Below, in pieces: positions 40,080-51,156 of a stretch of 64,000 nt of DNA. The position numbers were made by a program, and so were the translations under genes. The notes below the pieces were generated by a model. That model was given only the letters and a program-made list of their open reading frames with translations, did no database searches and was not told the origin of the DNA. The stretch is from Faecousia sp. (GTDB lineage Bacteria > Bacillota > Clostridia > Oscillospirales > Oscillospiraceae). The stretch is from the NCBI GenBank assembly GCA_045595075.1, contig JAZNZT010000028.1, forward strand, positions 47,162 through 111,161. The letters run 5' to 3'. The number at the start of each line of letters is the position of its first letter. Position 1 is the stretch's first letter.

Positions 40080-42740
40080 TTATAATAAGCCATCTGAATC
40101 TTCAGGATCATCCAATTCGTTCTCAAGATCATCAAAATCCATTTGAGATGATCCACCGGATCGCATTGTATGCCATTGCTCTTTTGTGATCAAAATCGCT
40201 CTGGGTTTACTTCCAACAAAGGGACCGACGATCCCCCGTTCTTCCATCTCGTCAACAATTCTGGCCGCACGAGCGTACCCCAATTTTAATCTGCGTTGAA
40301 GCATAGAGACGGATGCCTGACCGGTTTCCAGAATGACATCCACTGCTGCAGGCAGCATCTCATCTCCGGCGAGCTCCTCGTCAGAAGGCTCCTGCTCCGC
40401 AGTAACGGTTTTATTTCCGGTTTGCGCTGCCTTTTTTTCAATTTCTTCCATGACCTGTTGGTCATAGTCTGTTACATAATTGGATTTAACGTATGCAGCA
40501 ACCGCTTCTACTTCAGCATCTGTAACAAAGCATCCCTGCACACGTTTTGGCTTGCCGTTACCGATAGGCGCATACAACATATCACCCTTACCAACCAGCT
40601 TTTCTGCGCCCTGTGTATCCAGTATAATTCGGGATTCCATAGCGGAAGCAACGGCAAAAGCAATACGCGATGGTATATTGGCTTTCATTAGACCGGTAAT
40701 TACATCTGCGGAAGGACGCTGCGTTGCAATAATCAAATGAATTCCTGCAGCGCGGCCCATTTGCGCGATACGACAAATGGATTCTTCCACTTCTTTTGCA
40801 GCAACCAGCATCAGATCAGCCAGCTCATCAATAATGACTACGATCTGAGGAAGCTTAGTTCCACCCTCTACCTCTTGGTTCTCAATGATGCTATTATAAG
40901 ATTCCAGGTCGCGAACGCCAGCATCTGACATTGCTTTATAACGGCGCATCATTTCACTAACAGCCCATTGTAGTGAGCCTGCAGCCTTTTTCGGATCAGT
41001 AACCACAGGAATCAATAAATGCGGGATCCCGTTATAGATACCAAGCTCAACCATTTTCGGGTCGACCATGATCAGTTTTACATCATCTGGGCTTGCTTTA
41101 TATAGCAGAGAAATAATAATTGAATTCATACAAACCGATTTACCGGAACCTGTTGTACCGGCAATCAGCATATGGGGCAATTTCGATATATTGCCTACAA
41201 TACAGCTGCCGCCAATGTCCTTTCCCACAGAGAAGGATGACTTGGACTTTGCTTTGGAAAATTCAGAAGAGTCAATTACTTCCCGTAAGGAAACTGTTGT
41301 TACAGCCCGGTTAGGCACCTCAATTCCAACCACGGAGATTTTTCCGGGGACAGCTGCAATCCGAACACCGGTGGCACCTAGACTTAATGCAATATCATCT
41401 GCAGCAGTGGTCAATTTACTAAGGCGCACACCTTTTTCCAATTCAACCTCATATCGTGTAACGCTGGGACCACGGGTAACATTAATGATATGAGCTTCAA
41501 TCTTAAAACTAGCCAGAGTTTCATTCAAACGCTTCGAATTTTCGCGCATTTCTGCTGTACCGTCACCGCTACCACCGGTAGGGAGTTTGAGAAGATCAAT
41601 GGGTGGGAAACAATACTCAGGTTTTTGCGTTGATTCGGACTGGGCGATCTCCACAGCAACCTCAGCCGCGGAGTCTTCAGCATCCTTAGCGGTTACTTTC
41701 TCCTTTTTGACAGAAGAGGCTATCTCAGCAGGAATTTCCTTCGGCTCGTCATGAAGAATCTCGTTACGTTCCAGTTCCGGCATAGTCTGAGGAATTTTTG
41801 AAGGAATAGATTTTGGAGCGATGATTTCTTCTTCATAGACATAGGAAGCAGGCGTTTCGGCAGCAGCAACAGGTGTTTCTACGTCACTGTCTATCTGACT
41901 TATGATTTCAAAGGCCCTGTCGTTTTTTGCGGGCTTTTTAGAGAGCTCTTTGCGATTAACAGGTTCTTCATATTCAGGTTCTGTTGCTTGATTCTCCAAT
42001 GCGATCTTACGTCGTTCGATATACTCGATTCTTTTGTTGGCAATATGATTAACAACAACAGATGCCGGCTCTTGACGCTCTTCTCTATCGTCCTCTTCCC
42101 ATTGTACCCGAGGTCTATTCTGAATTGCACGAATAATACTGGGTATAGTGATCTGCATACCACCCAAGAGTGTAAACACCGTGGTTATGATCAAAACAAT
42201 ATAGGATATGACCGTACCGCACAGCCAATGTAAAAGCATTGCAATTCCGCCGCAGATGACGCCACCGGTGGTGCCTGCTGTGCCGCCGGTATACAGTTCT
42301 GTCAGCATTGCAAAACCACTGTCCGGCAGATGGGATGTATCCATTCCGATATGGGCAATACAACCGCACGCAAGAACAAACACAAGTAACGAAACGGAAC
42401 GCATCACGATTGGTCGTTTACCGCTAAATGCATGAATATAAAAAAGATATAGCAGTACCGGAATGGATACGATAAAACCAACACGACCGATTAGACCGTG
42501 GATCAAATCACCAAATAGTTCAACAATCGCCCCGTCAGACCCTGAGAAAATCACCAGAAAAAAGATAAATAATCCGATAAAGCAAACTGACGAGATCAAA
42601 CGTGTGGGGACACGGAAAGACTCAGTTTTTTCTTTATTTTCTATATTATTCTTTTTCTTTTTATTTGAAACGGGTTTGTTTTTCTTAGAAGAAGCCGATA
42701 CGGCTTTCTCGGCGTGAGATTTATGTTTATGTTCAGCCAT
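40080..42740 (-). CDS. ftsK: DNA translocase FtsK/SpoIIIE
   Basis: N-terminal TMs, AGTTGSGKSV, DELADLM, ATQRPS, gamma domain LQRRLKLGYARAAR; start ATG 42740 behind AGGAGG. Confidence 0.96.
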   Translation of the reverse strand: MAEHKHKSHAEKAVSASSKKNKPVSNKKKKNNIENKEKTESFRVPTRLISSVCFIGLFIFFLVIFSGSDGAIVELFGDLIHGLIGRVGFIVSIPVLLYLFYIHAFSGKRPIVMRSVSLLVFVLACGCIAHIGMDTSHLPDSGFAMLTELYTGGTAGTTGGVICGGIAMLLHWLCGTVISYIVLIITTVFTLLGGMQITIPSIIRAIQNRPRVQWEEDDREERQEPASVVVNHIANKRIEYIERRKIALENQATEPEYEEPVNRKELSKKPAKNDRAFEIISQIDSDVETPVAAAETPASYVYEEEIIAPKSIPSKIPQTMPELERNEILHDEPKEIPAEIASSVKKEKVTAKDAEDSAAEVAVEIAQSESTQKPEYCFPPIDLLKLPTGGSGDGTAEMRENSKRLNETLASFKIEAHIINVTRGPSVTRYEVELEKGVRLSKLTTAADDIALSLGATGVRIAAVPGKISVVGIEVPNRAVTTVSLREVIDSSEFSKAKSKSSFSVGKDIGGSCIVGNISKLPHMLIAGTTGSGKSVCMNSIIISLLYKASPDDVKLIMVDPKMVELGIYNGIPHLLIPVVTDPKKAAGSLQWAVSEMMRRYKAMSDAGVRDLESYNSIIENQEVEGGTKLPQIVVIIDELADLMLVAAKEVEESICRIAQMGRAAGIHLIIATQRPSADVITGLMKANIPSRIAFAVASAMESRIILDTQGAEKLVGKGDMLYAPIGNGKPKRVQGCFVTDAEVEAVAAYVKSNYVTDYDQQVMEEIEKKAAQTGNKTVTAEQEPSDEELAGDEMLPAAVDVILETGQASVSMLQRRLKLGYARAARIVDEMEERGIVGPFVGSKPRAILITKEQWHTMRSGGSSQMDFDDLENELDDPEDSDGLL

Positions 42741-42754
42741 AGGATCCTCCTTTT

Positions 42755-43573
42755 TTACACAACAGTAAGGTACAAAATAAATACCAGCAATGCAGCGCCC
42801 CAAGAATAGTAGGCAAATCCGGAAATTCCATTCCGAACAGATAAAAATTGGATCATTCGAATACTAATACAGCTTCCAAGATAAGCAAACAATGCGGACA
42901 AGAGCCAGTATAATATATTTATAAATTTTACAGATTCTCCGGTATAAGAAAACAAAGACACAACATCAAATACAGACATAGCGCACAGAACATAAAAGCT
43001 AAGCATAATTGTCCATCTGAAAGCGTGCTTTCTATCGGCACCTCTTGCAATTGCAGATGAGTATATAAATCCAACCCCGGAAATGCCAGGTAACGCAGAC
43101 AGCGAACCGGAAATACCGATAAGGTAACTATCTAGAACGGACATGAATCTCGCATCCTTATTCCCTCGAAGCATACGTTCAGGGATGTACAAGGCAATAC
43201 CGTTTATAAGAAATAAAACCATCAGGATAATTAAATTATCCGAGGGAAATTTAAACAAATATAATATTGTAAAACCAAGTAAGAGAGGCACAGAGGCTGT
43301 TTTAACCATGCGTAAATCATACACTTCCGGGTTCGTCCTATTTTTGCTGCGGTAGTTTTTACCGGATTTTTTTAATAGTAGATCCATAAAATGTTTTGCA
43401 TTTGTAAGAATGCCTGCAATACAGCCAATATGTATCAGCAACATTTGCAACGGATGGAATTCTGCGGCTCCGGAAAATAAAAGATATAATTTTTGGTGAG
43501 CTGTTGCGGAGATGGGCAAAAATTGTGCAATGCCTGATATAAGGCCGTAGAATATGCTATGAAACCAATTCAT
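42755..43573 (-). CDS. uppP: BacA/UppP family membrane protein with degenerate catalytic motifs
   Basis: FLPIS.T.H and A.LPGIS motifs, multi-TM, tepA-uppP-ftsK order. Confidence 0.8.
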   Translation of the reverse strand: MNWFHSIFYGLISGIAQFLPISATAHQKLYLLFSGAAEFHPLQMLLIHIGCIAGILTNAKHFMDLLLKKSGKNYRSKNRTNPEVYDLRMVKTASVPLLLGFTILYLFKFPSDNLIILMVLFLINGIALYIPERMLRGNKDARFMSVLDSYLIGISGSLSALPGISGVGFIYSSAIARGADRKHAFRWTIMLSFYVLCAMSVFDVVSLFSYTGESVKFINILYWLLSALFAYLGSCISIRMIQFLSVRNGISGFAYYSWGAALLVFILYLTVV

Positions 43574-43667
43574 CTGCCCACCTCCTTACAAAAATTCTAT
43601 AATATCATATCATACTTAAAGAAAAATTTCCAGTCTGTAATATAAAAAATTGACAGTATACATATAA

Positions 43668-44378
43668 TTATTGTTTGTTATTTATATTGCTTTCCCGATT
43701 TTTGGATTTATCAATCATTTTATGCAAAGCTGATAATGCATCACTCAGTCCACCCAGTTTATCAATCAATCCGGATGAAACCGCCTCTTTTCCGTACAGG
43801 ATCGTTCCAACATCTGTTGCCATCTCCCCTGTTGCCATCATATATTTTTCAAACTGTTCCTTGGAAATTCCGGAATTTTCAGTAACAAAATCAGCTATTT
43901 GTTCCTGGATTCTTTGGAAATATCGAAATGTCTGAGGTGCACCTACAACAAGACCGGTCATTCTTACAGGGTGTACAGTCATACTTGCAGTTGGCGTAAT
44001 AAATGATTTTTTAGTACAAACTGCAAGCGGTATGCCAATAGAATGGCCACCCCCGAGCACAAGTGAAACAGTTGGTTTTTTCATTCCTGCGATCATTTCT
44101 GCAATTGCAAGGCCGGCCTCAATATCACCGCCTACTGTATTTAAAAGTAACAGTAGTCCATCGATCTCTTCGCTCTCCTCTATTCCTGCCAGCAAAGGTA
44201 AAACATGTTCATACTTCGTTGTTTTTGCTGTTTCCGGTAAAACCTGATGACCTTCAACTTGCCCTATAATAGTCAATGTGTATATATTCCCCTTGCTGCT
44301 TTTGGTGATATCAGCACCCAGTTCTACTACCTGCTCCCTTTCTTCTTTAGCAATATCAGGATTGTCTTTTTTATTCAT
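43668..44378 (-). CDS. tepA: ClpP-like translocation-enhancing protein TepA
   Basis: IIGQVEGH, TKYEHVLP, NTVGGDIEAGLAIAE, LGGGHSIGIP, HPVR. Confidence 0.92.
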   Translation of the reverse strand: MNKKDNPDIAKEEREQVVELGADITKSSKGNIYTLTIIGQVEGHQVLPETAKTTKYEHVLPLLAGIEESEEIDGLLLLLNTVGGDIEAGLAIAEMIAGMKKPTVSLVLGGGHSIGIPLAVCTKKSFITPTASMTVHPVRMTGLVVGAPQTFRYFQRIQEQIADFVTENSGISKEQFEKYMMATGEMATDVGTILYGKEAVSSGLIDKLGGLSDALSALHKMIDKSKNRESNINNKQ

Positions 44379-44438
44379 ATAAATGCCTCCTTATTTTCCT
44401 GAATGTAGAATAACCGGAAAACGCAATAAAATTCCCAC

Positions 44439-44467
44439 TTGCCAAAGAATAAATACTGTCGTATAAT
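44439..44467 (+). promoter_or_regulatory. SigA promoter
   Basis: TTGCCA-17-TATAAT. Confidence 0.75.
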
Positions 44468-44508
44468 CGGTAAAGCAAAAGATATTCTTGGACATAAAGG
44501 AGTTTATT

Positions 44509-44757
44509 ATGCAGTACGAATACAAAACAAAGGGCACATGTTCTCAGCGTATTTTCTTTGAGATTGAAGACGGAAAACTGAGAAATGTTCAGTTTCTTGG
44601 CGGCTGTAACGGAAATCTTAAAGGTATTTGCGCATTAGTCGAAGGCATGGATGCAGACGAAGTCATTAGAAGAGTTGAAGGAATTCAGTGCGGAATGAAA
44701 CCTACATCCTGCCCCGATCAGCTTGCAAAAGCATTAAAAGAGGCACTTTCTGAATAA
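44509..44757 (+). CDS. TIGR03905 family TSCPD-domain protein
   Basis: YKTKGTCS, GGCNGNLKGI, CG.KPTSCPDQLA. Confidence 0.9.
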   Translation: MQYEYKTKGTCSQRIFFEIEDGKLRNVQFLGGCNGNLKGICALVEGMDADEVIRRVEGIQCGMKPTSCPDQLAKALKEALSE

Positions 44758-44790
44758 AAAAACAGGCCATATGGCCTGTTTTTTTATTCA
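44751..44790. terminator. Bidirectional terminator, 40-bp perfect palindrome
   Basis: TGAATAAAAAAACAGGCCAT|ATGGCCTGTTTTTTTATTCA. Confidence 0.85.
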
Positions 44791-45365
44791 ACTGCAGCAT
44801 AAATTTGTTTGATCAGATCATCACGTCCTGTTCCTTTTTCTGCAGAAAAAGGAATCACAGGGCACGAATCCGGTAAATTTAGAACTTGTCGAATAGTCAT
44901 CAAATTCGATTCAATTTCGCTTTTTTTTAGCTTGTCCAACTTATTGGCAACAACAACAAAAGCACATTGGCTTTCCAAAAACCAATTTGCCATGATGATA
45001 TCATTTTGGGTAGGGGCATGCCGTATATCTACGATCATCACACCCAAATCGATACGTCCGGAAGCAAAATAGTCTTCCATGAGTTTGCCCCAGCGATCTT
45101 TTTCTGACTGGGACACCTTAGCGTATCCGTATCCAGGCAGGTCTACGAAATAACATTTTTGATCAATAGTAAAGTAATTTACATGAATGGTTTTACCTGG
45201 CTTATCCCCTACTCGTGCAATATTCTTTCGCTGTAAGAGTCGGTTAATAACAGAAGATTTGCCTACGTTTGATTTGCCGGCAAATGCAATTTCAGGTAAT
45301 CTGTTATTAGGAAAATCCCGTTTTGAAGCTGCGGAAATTAAAAACTCAACACGATTTAGATTCAT
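44784..45365 (-). CDS. engB: Ribosome biogenesis GTPase YsxC/EngB
   Basis: GKSNVGKSS, KPGKT, DLPGYGYA, NKLDK. Confidence 0.96.
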   Translation of the reverse strand: MNLNRVEFLISAASKRDFPNNRLPEIAFAGKSNVGKSSVINRLLQRKNIARVGDKPGKTIHVNYFTIDQKCYFVDLPGYGYAKVSQSEKDRWGKLMEDYFASGRIDLGVMIVDIRHAPTQNDIIMANWFLESQCAFVVVANKLDKLKKSEIESNLMTIRQVLNLPDSCPVIPFSAEKGTGRDDLIKQIYAAVE

Positions 45366-45373
45366 AAAACACC

Positions 45374-47776
45374 TCACTGTTGAATCCTTTGTTTCCGGGA
45401 TTTATTGGTCAGTTCTTCCGGAAACTCCTGTAATATAGTAGGGACAATATCTACCTTACGGTTCAGTGCAGTGTTTAAAACAGTATCAATCGTTTCTGCA
45501 GTAACAAAATTCAGGCGACTACGGACTGTCTGGTCAATCTGTTCCAGATCCCGCTCATTCTCAGATGGAATGATGACTGTTCGTATTCCATGACGCAATG
45601 CAGCCATTGTCTTTTCTTTCAATCCGCCAATGGGTAAGACTCTTCCGCGAATGGATATTTCACCTGTCATGGCAACATCCGAACGCACAGATACTCCAGT
45701 GAGCGCAGAAATGATCGCCGTACAGACAGTAATACCTGCGGATGGACCGTCTTTAGGAACAGCACCCTCCGGAAAATGAACGTGGATATCTTTTTTCTTA
45801 TAAAAATCATCCATAATCCCAAGCATGTGGGTATTTGCGCGAATATAGCTCATTGCAGCGTGAACGGACTCTTTCATTACATCGCCCAAATTGCCGGTAA
45901 GTTCCAATTTACCGGATCCATCCATTACATTCACTTCCACATCCAGGGTATCTCCCCCAACAGATGTCCAGGCAAGTCCGGTCACAAGGCCAATCTGATC
46001 CTTACTGTGTCGTCTATCCGGCAAGAATTTACGAACACCTAAAAAGTCTTCCATATTGGATCCATTGACCTGTATTTTACTGATTTTATCGCCTGATAAC
46101 AATCTCATATCCGCCTTGCGGCAAATCTCAGCCAGCTTTCTTTCCAGATTTCGTACTCCAGACTCTCTGGTGTAGCAGTGAATGATTTCGCGAATTGCGT
46201 CGTCATTGATACGAAGCTGTGATTTTTTAATACCATGTTTTGCGAGCTGTTTTGGCAATAAATGATTTTTTGCGATCATCAGCTTTTCTTCATCCGTGTA
46301 GGAACCAAGCTCAATAATCTCCATACGGTCCAGAAGCGGTCTAGGAATTGTGTCAAGTGTGTTAGCAGTAGTAATAAACATCACATTGCTCAGATCAAAA
46401 GGAATCTCAAGAAAATGATCCCTATATGTCCTGTTTTGCTCACCGTCCAGAACCTCAAGAAGCGCAGCGCTGGGATCTCCCCGATAATCGGAACCCATTT
46501 TATCAACTTCATCCAGCAAAAGAACAGGGTTCATACTGCCTGCCTGGATCATTGCGGTTAATATACGGCCCGGCATGGCACCAACATAAGTTTTGCGATG
46601 ACCACGGATATCCGCCTCATCATGTACACCACCCAAGGCAATACGTGCCATCTTTCGATTTAGACAATGAGCAATAGAATACGCGATGGATGTTTTGCCT
46701 ACACCGGGAGGACCTACAAGACATAGAATCTGGGGAGGCATTTCCGGTGCAAGCTGTCTGATGGCAATGGTTTCCAGAATTCTTTCTTTTACTTTTTGCA
46801 AGCCAAAATGCTCCTTGTCCAAGATCTTTCTTGCAGCAGAGACATCCACCCGCTCCTTAGTAAATCTATTCCAAGGAAGTTCAAAAACAGTATCTAAATA
46901 ATTTCGAAGAACCGAGGCTTCTGAAGATCCAAAAGGTTGTTTTTTCAGCCTTGCCAGATCCTTCAACAGTTTGTTCGTAGAATCATCCGGCAGTCTGAGT
47001 TTAATAATTTCCTGTTCATATTGATAAAATTCTGACTGTTCGTCTCCTTCTCCCAATTCCTCACGGATTGCCTTCATCTGTTCACGAAGATAATAATCCC
47101 GTTGATCCTGATCGATTTGCGCTCTTGTTTTTTCCTGAATATCCGATTCCAGCTGAAGCATTTGAACTTCCTGACGAAGCAACTGAATCGTTTTTTCCAA
47201 GCGACGCACAGGGTTTAATTGACAAAGAAGTTTTGCTTTGTCCCGGTAATCAATACCGGAATTTTGTGCAATGGTATCCGCAATGTAACCACATGCATTC
47301 GATGCCATAATACGAAGCTGAACGCCTTGTGCAGAATGATCTGCCAAATCAAGATAGCTGTTATACAGATTGGTTGCTTCCCGGCGGAGAGCGTGGGCTC
47401 TCAAGCCATCATTAGTAGATACATCTGAAACAGATTCAACCTTGCCTGCTAAATACGGCTGGAACTGAGTAAGCTCGAGAATTTTTGCCCGATGTAATCC
47501 GGTAACCAAAACTCTGATATTCTCATTATGAGATTTTAAGATTTGCTTGACCTTGACAACAGTACCTATTGGATACAATCCAGAAAGATTGGGATCATCA
47601 TCCGTAATATCTTTTTGAGGAACAAGCATCAGGATTTGATCCTTTTTCATTGCTGCTTCTAAAGCAAGAGCAGACTTTAACCGGCCAATATCAAAATGAA
47701 CTGTCTGTTCCGGAAAAACTGCAATGCCACGCAAAGCAAGAACAGGCATATGACCGGATTTGAAAACTTCACTCAT
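45374..47776 (-). CDS. lon: ATP-dependent protease Lon
   Basis: [37 protein letters not shown]. Confidence 0.98.
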   Translation of the reverse strand: MSEVFKSGHMPVLALRGIAVFPEQTVHFDIGRLKSALALEAAMKKDQILMLVPQKDITDDDPNLSGLYPIGTVVKVKQILKSHNENIRVLVTGLHRAKILELTQFQPYLAGKVESVSDVSTNDGLRAHALRREATNLYNSYLDLADHSAQGVQLRIMASNACGYIADTIAQNSGIDYRDKAKLLCQLNPVRRLEKTIQLLRQEVQMLQLESDIQEKTRAQIDQDQRDYYLREQMKAIREELGEGDEQSEFYQYEQEIIKLRLPDDSTNKLLKDLARLKKQPFGSSEASVLRNYLDTVFELPWNRFTKERVDVSAARKILDKEHFGLQKVKERILETIAIRQLAPEMPPQILCLVGPPGVGKTSIAYSIAHCLNRKMARIALGGVHDEADIRGHRKTYVGAMPGRILTAMIQAGSMNPVLLLDEVDKMGSDYRGDPSAALLEVLDGEQNRTYRDHFLEIPFDLSNVMFITTANTLDTIPRPLLDRMEIIELGSYTDEEKLMIAKNHLLPKQLAKHGIKKSQLRINDDAIREIIHCYTRESGVRNLERKLAEICRKADMRLLSGDKISKIQVNGSNMEDFLGVRKFLPDRRHSKDQIGLVTGLAWTSVGGDTLDVEVNVMDGSGKLELTGNLGDVMKESVHAAMSYIRANTHMLGIMDDFYKKKDIHVHFPEGAVPKDGPSAGITVCTAIISALTGVSVRSDVAMTGEISIRGRVLPIGGLKEKTMAALRHGIRTVIIPSENERDLEQIDQTVRSRLNFVTAETIDTVLNTALNRKVDIVPTILQEFPEELTNKSRKQRIQQ

Positions 47777-47835
47777 GGTCTTTTATTCTCCTGTATGGTT
47801 TAAAAAGGGGGTAGAAAACTACCCCCTAAATGATA

Positions 47836-49080
47836 TTAACAATTTGTGCCGATCTTCCCACGAGGCTTTGTCTTGTTGCGAATAATTTTAGGCTCTCCGC
47901 CATCAATACATTCCGGGGTGATGACAACCTTTTTTATAGAAAGATCAGAAGGAATTATATACATAATCTTTGTCATGATCTCTTCCATGACTGCACGCAG
48001 ACCTCTGGCGCCAATCTGACGATCAATGGCTCTTTGCGCTACTGCTTCCAGTGCCTCAGGTTGAATTTCAAGCTCCACATTATCTAACTCAAGAAGTTTT
48101 GCGTATTGCTTTGTGAGCGCATTTTTAGGCTCAACAAGAATACGAACAAGATCCTCTATTTTCAGATCTTGCAAGCTGGTAATGACAGGCAAACGTCCTA
48201 CAAGTTCAGGAATGATACCAAACTTAAGAAGATCATGGGGTTGAACTTTTGCAAAGATTTTTCCAAGATCACGTTGTTTCTTGCTCTCAACAGGAGCATC
48301 AAAACCAATAGCTGTACGCTCTGTGCGCTTTTCAATGATCTTATCCAGACCGTCAAATGCGCCACCGCAAATGAAAAGAATATTGGAGGTATTCACTGCA
48401 ATGGTCTCCTGCTGAGGATGTTTTCTTCCACCCTGCGGAGGGACATTCGCAACAGTGCCTTCCAAAATCTTTAAAAGCGCTTGCTGGACGCCCTCGCCGG
48501 ATACATCTCTGGTTATGGATGTGTTCTCGCTTTTTCGGGCGATCTTATCCATCTCATCGATGTAAATGATACCCCGTTCAGCCAGATTAACATCAAAGTC
48601 AGCGGCCTGCAGCAAGCGAACAAGAATATTTTCTACATCGTCGCCCACATAGCCAGCTTCCGTCAGAGTTGTTGCATCTGCAATGGCAAAAGGTACATTT
48701 AAAATTTTAGCAAGTGTCTGAGCAAACAGAGTCTTGCCGGAACCGGTAGGTCCAATAAGCAGAATATTACTCTTCTGAAGCTCTACATCGGAGTCCTTGG
48801 CAAGAAAGATCCGCTTATAGTGATTATATACCGCAACAGAAAGAGCAATCTTTGCGTCCTCCTGGCCGATGATATAACCATCCATATATGCCTTCATTTC
48901 CATTGGTGTAGGAAGATGGTCCGGCATTTCCTTATTGTTACTGTCATTTCGCAGCAGATCGCAGCAAGCTTCCACACAATCGCTGCAAATAAACACGCCG
49001 GGACCGGCAATCAACCGTGCCTGGTTTTCGCGTTTGCCACAGAAAGAACAGCTGATCGGCTGTTCATCTTTTTTTGCCAT
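47836..49080 (-). CDS. clpX: ATP-dependent Clp protease ATPase ClpX
   Basis: CSFCG..C..C zinc domain, [21 protein letters not shown] loop. Confidence 0.98.
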   Translation of the reverse strand: MAKKDEQPISCSFCGKRENQARLIAGPGVFICSDCVEACCDLLRNDSNNKEMPDHLPTPMEMKAYMDGYIIGQEDAKIALSVAVYNHYKRIFLAKDSDVELQKSNILLIGPTGSGKTLFAQTLAKILNVPFAIADATTLTEAGYVGDDVENILVRLLQAADFDVNLAERGIIYIDEMDKIARKSENTSITRDVSGEGVQQALLKILEGTVANVPPQGGRKHPQQETIAVNTSNILFICGGAFDGLDKIIEKRTERTAIGFDAPVESKKQRDLGKIFAKVQPHDLLKFGIIPELVGRLPVITSLQDLKIEDLVRILVEPKNALTKQYAKLLELDNVELEIQPEALEAVAQRAIDRQIGARGLRAVMEEIMTKIMYIIPSDLSIKKVVITPECIDGGEPKIIRNKTKPRGKIGTNC

Positions 49081-49107
49081 AAACCTGGCACCGTCCTTTC
49101 ACTGCAA

Positions 49108-49689
49108 TTAGTGGTGTTCAATGACGCGGTCGATCAAGCCGAAAGCAAGCGCCTCATCAGAGGTCATAAAGTTATCACGCTCACATGCCTCGGTAACTTC
49201 TTCTATACCCTTGCCGGTGTTCTGGGCAAGAATTCGGTTCATTCGCGCCTTGATCGTTTCCAGGCGCTTCATATGAATCGCCATATCTGTAATCTGACCC
49301 TGTGTGCCTGCAGAAGGCTGATGGATCATGATTTCAGAATTAGGAAGCGCCATACGCTTACCCTTTGTGCCAGCAGACAGCAAAAAAGCACCCATAGACG
49401 CAGCCATACCGACACAGATCGTAGCGACATCACATTTAATGTACTGCATTGTATCGTAAATTGCCATGCCTGCGGTCACACTGCCGCCTGGACTGTTAAT
49501 ATAAAACTGAATATCTTTGTCCGGATCCTGCGCCTCAAGATACAACATCTGGGCAACGATCAAACTGGCCGTTGTATCATTCACTTCTTCAGACAGGAAA
49601 ATAATACGGTCGTTCAGCAAACGGGAAAAAATATCATAGCTGCGTTCACCACGGCTGGTTTGTTCAACAACGTAAGGTATAAAACTCAT
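49108..49689 (-). CDS. clpP: Clp protease proteolytic subunit ClpP
   Basis: [28 protein letters not shown]. Confidence 0.98.
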   Translation of the reverse strand: MSFIPYVVEQTSRGERSYDIFSRLLNDRIIFLSEEVNDTTASLIVAQMLYLEAQDPDKDIQFYINSPGGSVTAGMAIYDTMQYIKCDVATICVGMAASMGAFLLSAGTKGKRMALPNSEIMIHQPSAGTQGQITDMAIHMKRLETIKARMNRILAQNTGKGIEEVTEACERDNFMTSDEALAFGLIDRVIEHH

Positions 49690-49740
49690 GGTCATGTCTC
49701 CTTTCAGGGTTTGAAACATTCTAACCATTCAATTGGAATG

Positions 49741-51042
49741 TTATTCCTCTTTTGCTTCTTCCTTTTTGGGGGCAACAGCAACAGCAGCATCCACGATCAC
49801 CTTAACTGCCTTGCGGGTCTCCAGACTGGACTTGATCTCCTCTACGGGAACCATTTCCTTGACCTTATCCAGTTCCAGGCTGTACTGCTTTGCAAGGGTT
49901 TCAAACTCTTCGTTGATCTCATCTTCGGTAGCTGTAATACCCTCGACCTCAATGATCTTAGCAAGTGTAACATTTGCCTTAGCCTGCTTCTCAGCAGCGG
50001 GGCGGAACGCATTTCGCATGGTGTTCATGTCGCCACCCATCATCTTTGCGTAGGCATCCATGGAATAACCGCTCATCTGAAGCTGATAGCCGAAACGTTC
50101 CATCTGGTTATCCAGCTCCGCCTCGATAAGCGCGTTAGGCAGATCCACGGTTGTGTTCTCAGCAGCCTTATCCACGCAAGCCTGCTCAAAAGCAGACTGA
50201 ATGCGCTTCTCGGCCTCAGCAAGAGCTTTAGCGCGGATATCTGCCTTCAGCTCCTCCAGAGTATCAAACTCAGAAACATCCTTTGCAAACTCGTCGTCTT
50301 GCTCGGGGACATTGGTAACTGTGACCTTATTGACCTTCACATGGAAGACAACAGCCTTGCCAGCAAGCTCCTTGTGATAATCCTCAGGGAAAGTAATATC
50401 AATATCCTTCTCCTCGCCTGCGGACATACCGACCAGCTGCTCCTCAAAACCGGGAACAAACGATCCGGAACCAAGCTTCAGGTCAAAATTATTGCCCTTG
50501 CCACCATCAAATGCAACACCGTTGTCAAAACCTTCAAAGTCAATGTTAGCTGTGTCACCCATTTGTGCAGCGCGCTCCACAGTTTCAGTGGATGCAACAT
50601 TCTGAGCCATACGGTCAAGCTCTGCCTGAACCTGCTCATCGGTAACTTCAGCCTCAGCCTTTTCTACCTCGATGCCCTTGTAGTCACCTAAAGTAACCTC
50701 GGGATATACATCGGTTGTGATGGTGATAGTGACAATGTTGTCATCGCTGATCTGCATATCAGTCAGGCTGGGGCGTCCAACAGCTTTAACATCCTGACCA
50801 ACAACAGCAAATTCATATACCTGAGGGAAGATCTCCTCCAGACCGTCTTCATAGAAGACATGGGTGCCGTACATAGCCTCGATCATCTTACGGGGTGCCT
50901 TGCCCTTACGGAAACCGGGGATCATAATGCTCTTGCGAGCCTTCATATATGCGCTGTTGACGCCGGACTCCATCAGTTCCTTGTCGATCTCAACAACGAT
51001 AGTAGCCTGATTGCCGTTCTTCTCAATGTTTTTAATGTTCAT
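49741..51042 (-). CDS. tig: Trigger factor
   Basis: PGFRKGKAP ribosome-binding loop, FKBP domain FVPGFEEQL. Confidence 0.97.
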   Translation of the reverse strand: MNIKNIEKNGNQATIVVEIDKELMESGVNSAYMKARKSIMIPGFRKGKAPRKMIEAMYGTHVFYEDGLEEIFPQVYEFAVVGQDVKAVGRPSLTDMQISDDNIVTITITTDVYPEVTLGDYKGIEVEKAEAEVTDEQVQAELDRMAQNVASTETVERAAQMGDTANIDFEGFDNGVAFDGGKGNNFDLKLGSGSFVPGFEEQLVGMSAGEEKDIDITFPEDYHKELAGKAVVFHVKVNKVTVTNVPEQDDEFAKDVSEFDTLEELKADIRAKALAEAEKRIQSAFEQACVDKAAENTTVDLPNALIEAELDNQMERFGYQLQMSGYSMDAYAKMMGGDMNTMRNAFRPAAEKQAKANVTLAKIIEVEGITATEDEINEEFETLAKQYSLELDKVKEMVPVEEIKSSLETRKAVKVIVDAAVAVAPKKEEAKEE

Positions 51043-51156
51043 TTTGATATCCTCCTGAATTAAGATCGGTAGGCCGACCATTAATTTTACAAATTTTGCA
51101 TCCGAATTATTCTAACAAATAATGCAGGAAATGTCCACACTTTTCTTAAAAATACT

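Noticed and set aside
48820-50691. 623-aa ORF on + strand antisense to tig-clpP-clpX
   Set aside because: Shadow frame of highly codon-biased genes; no RBS, no recognisable motifs, abnormal His/Leu-rich composition
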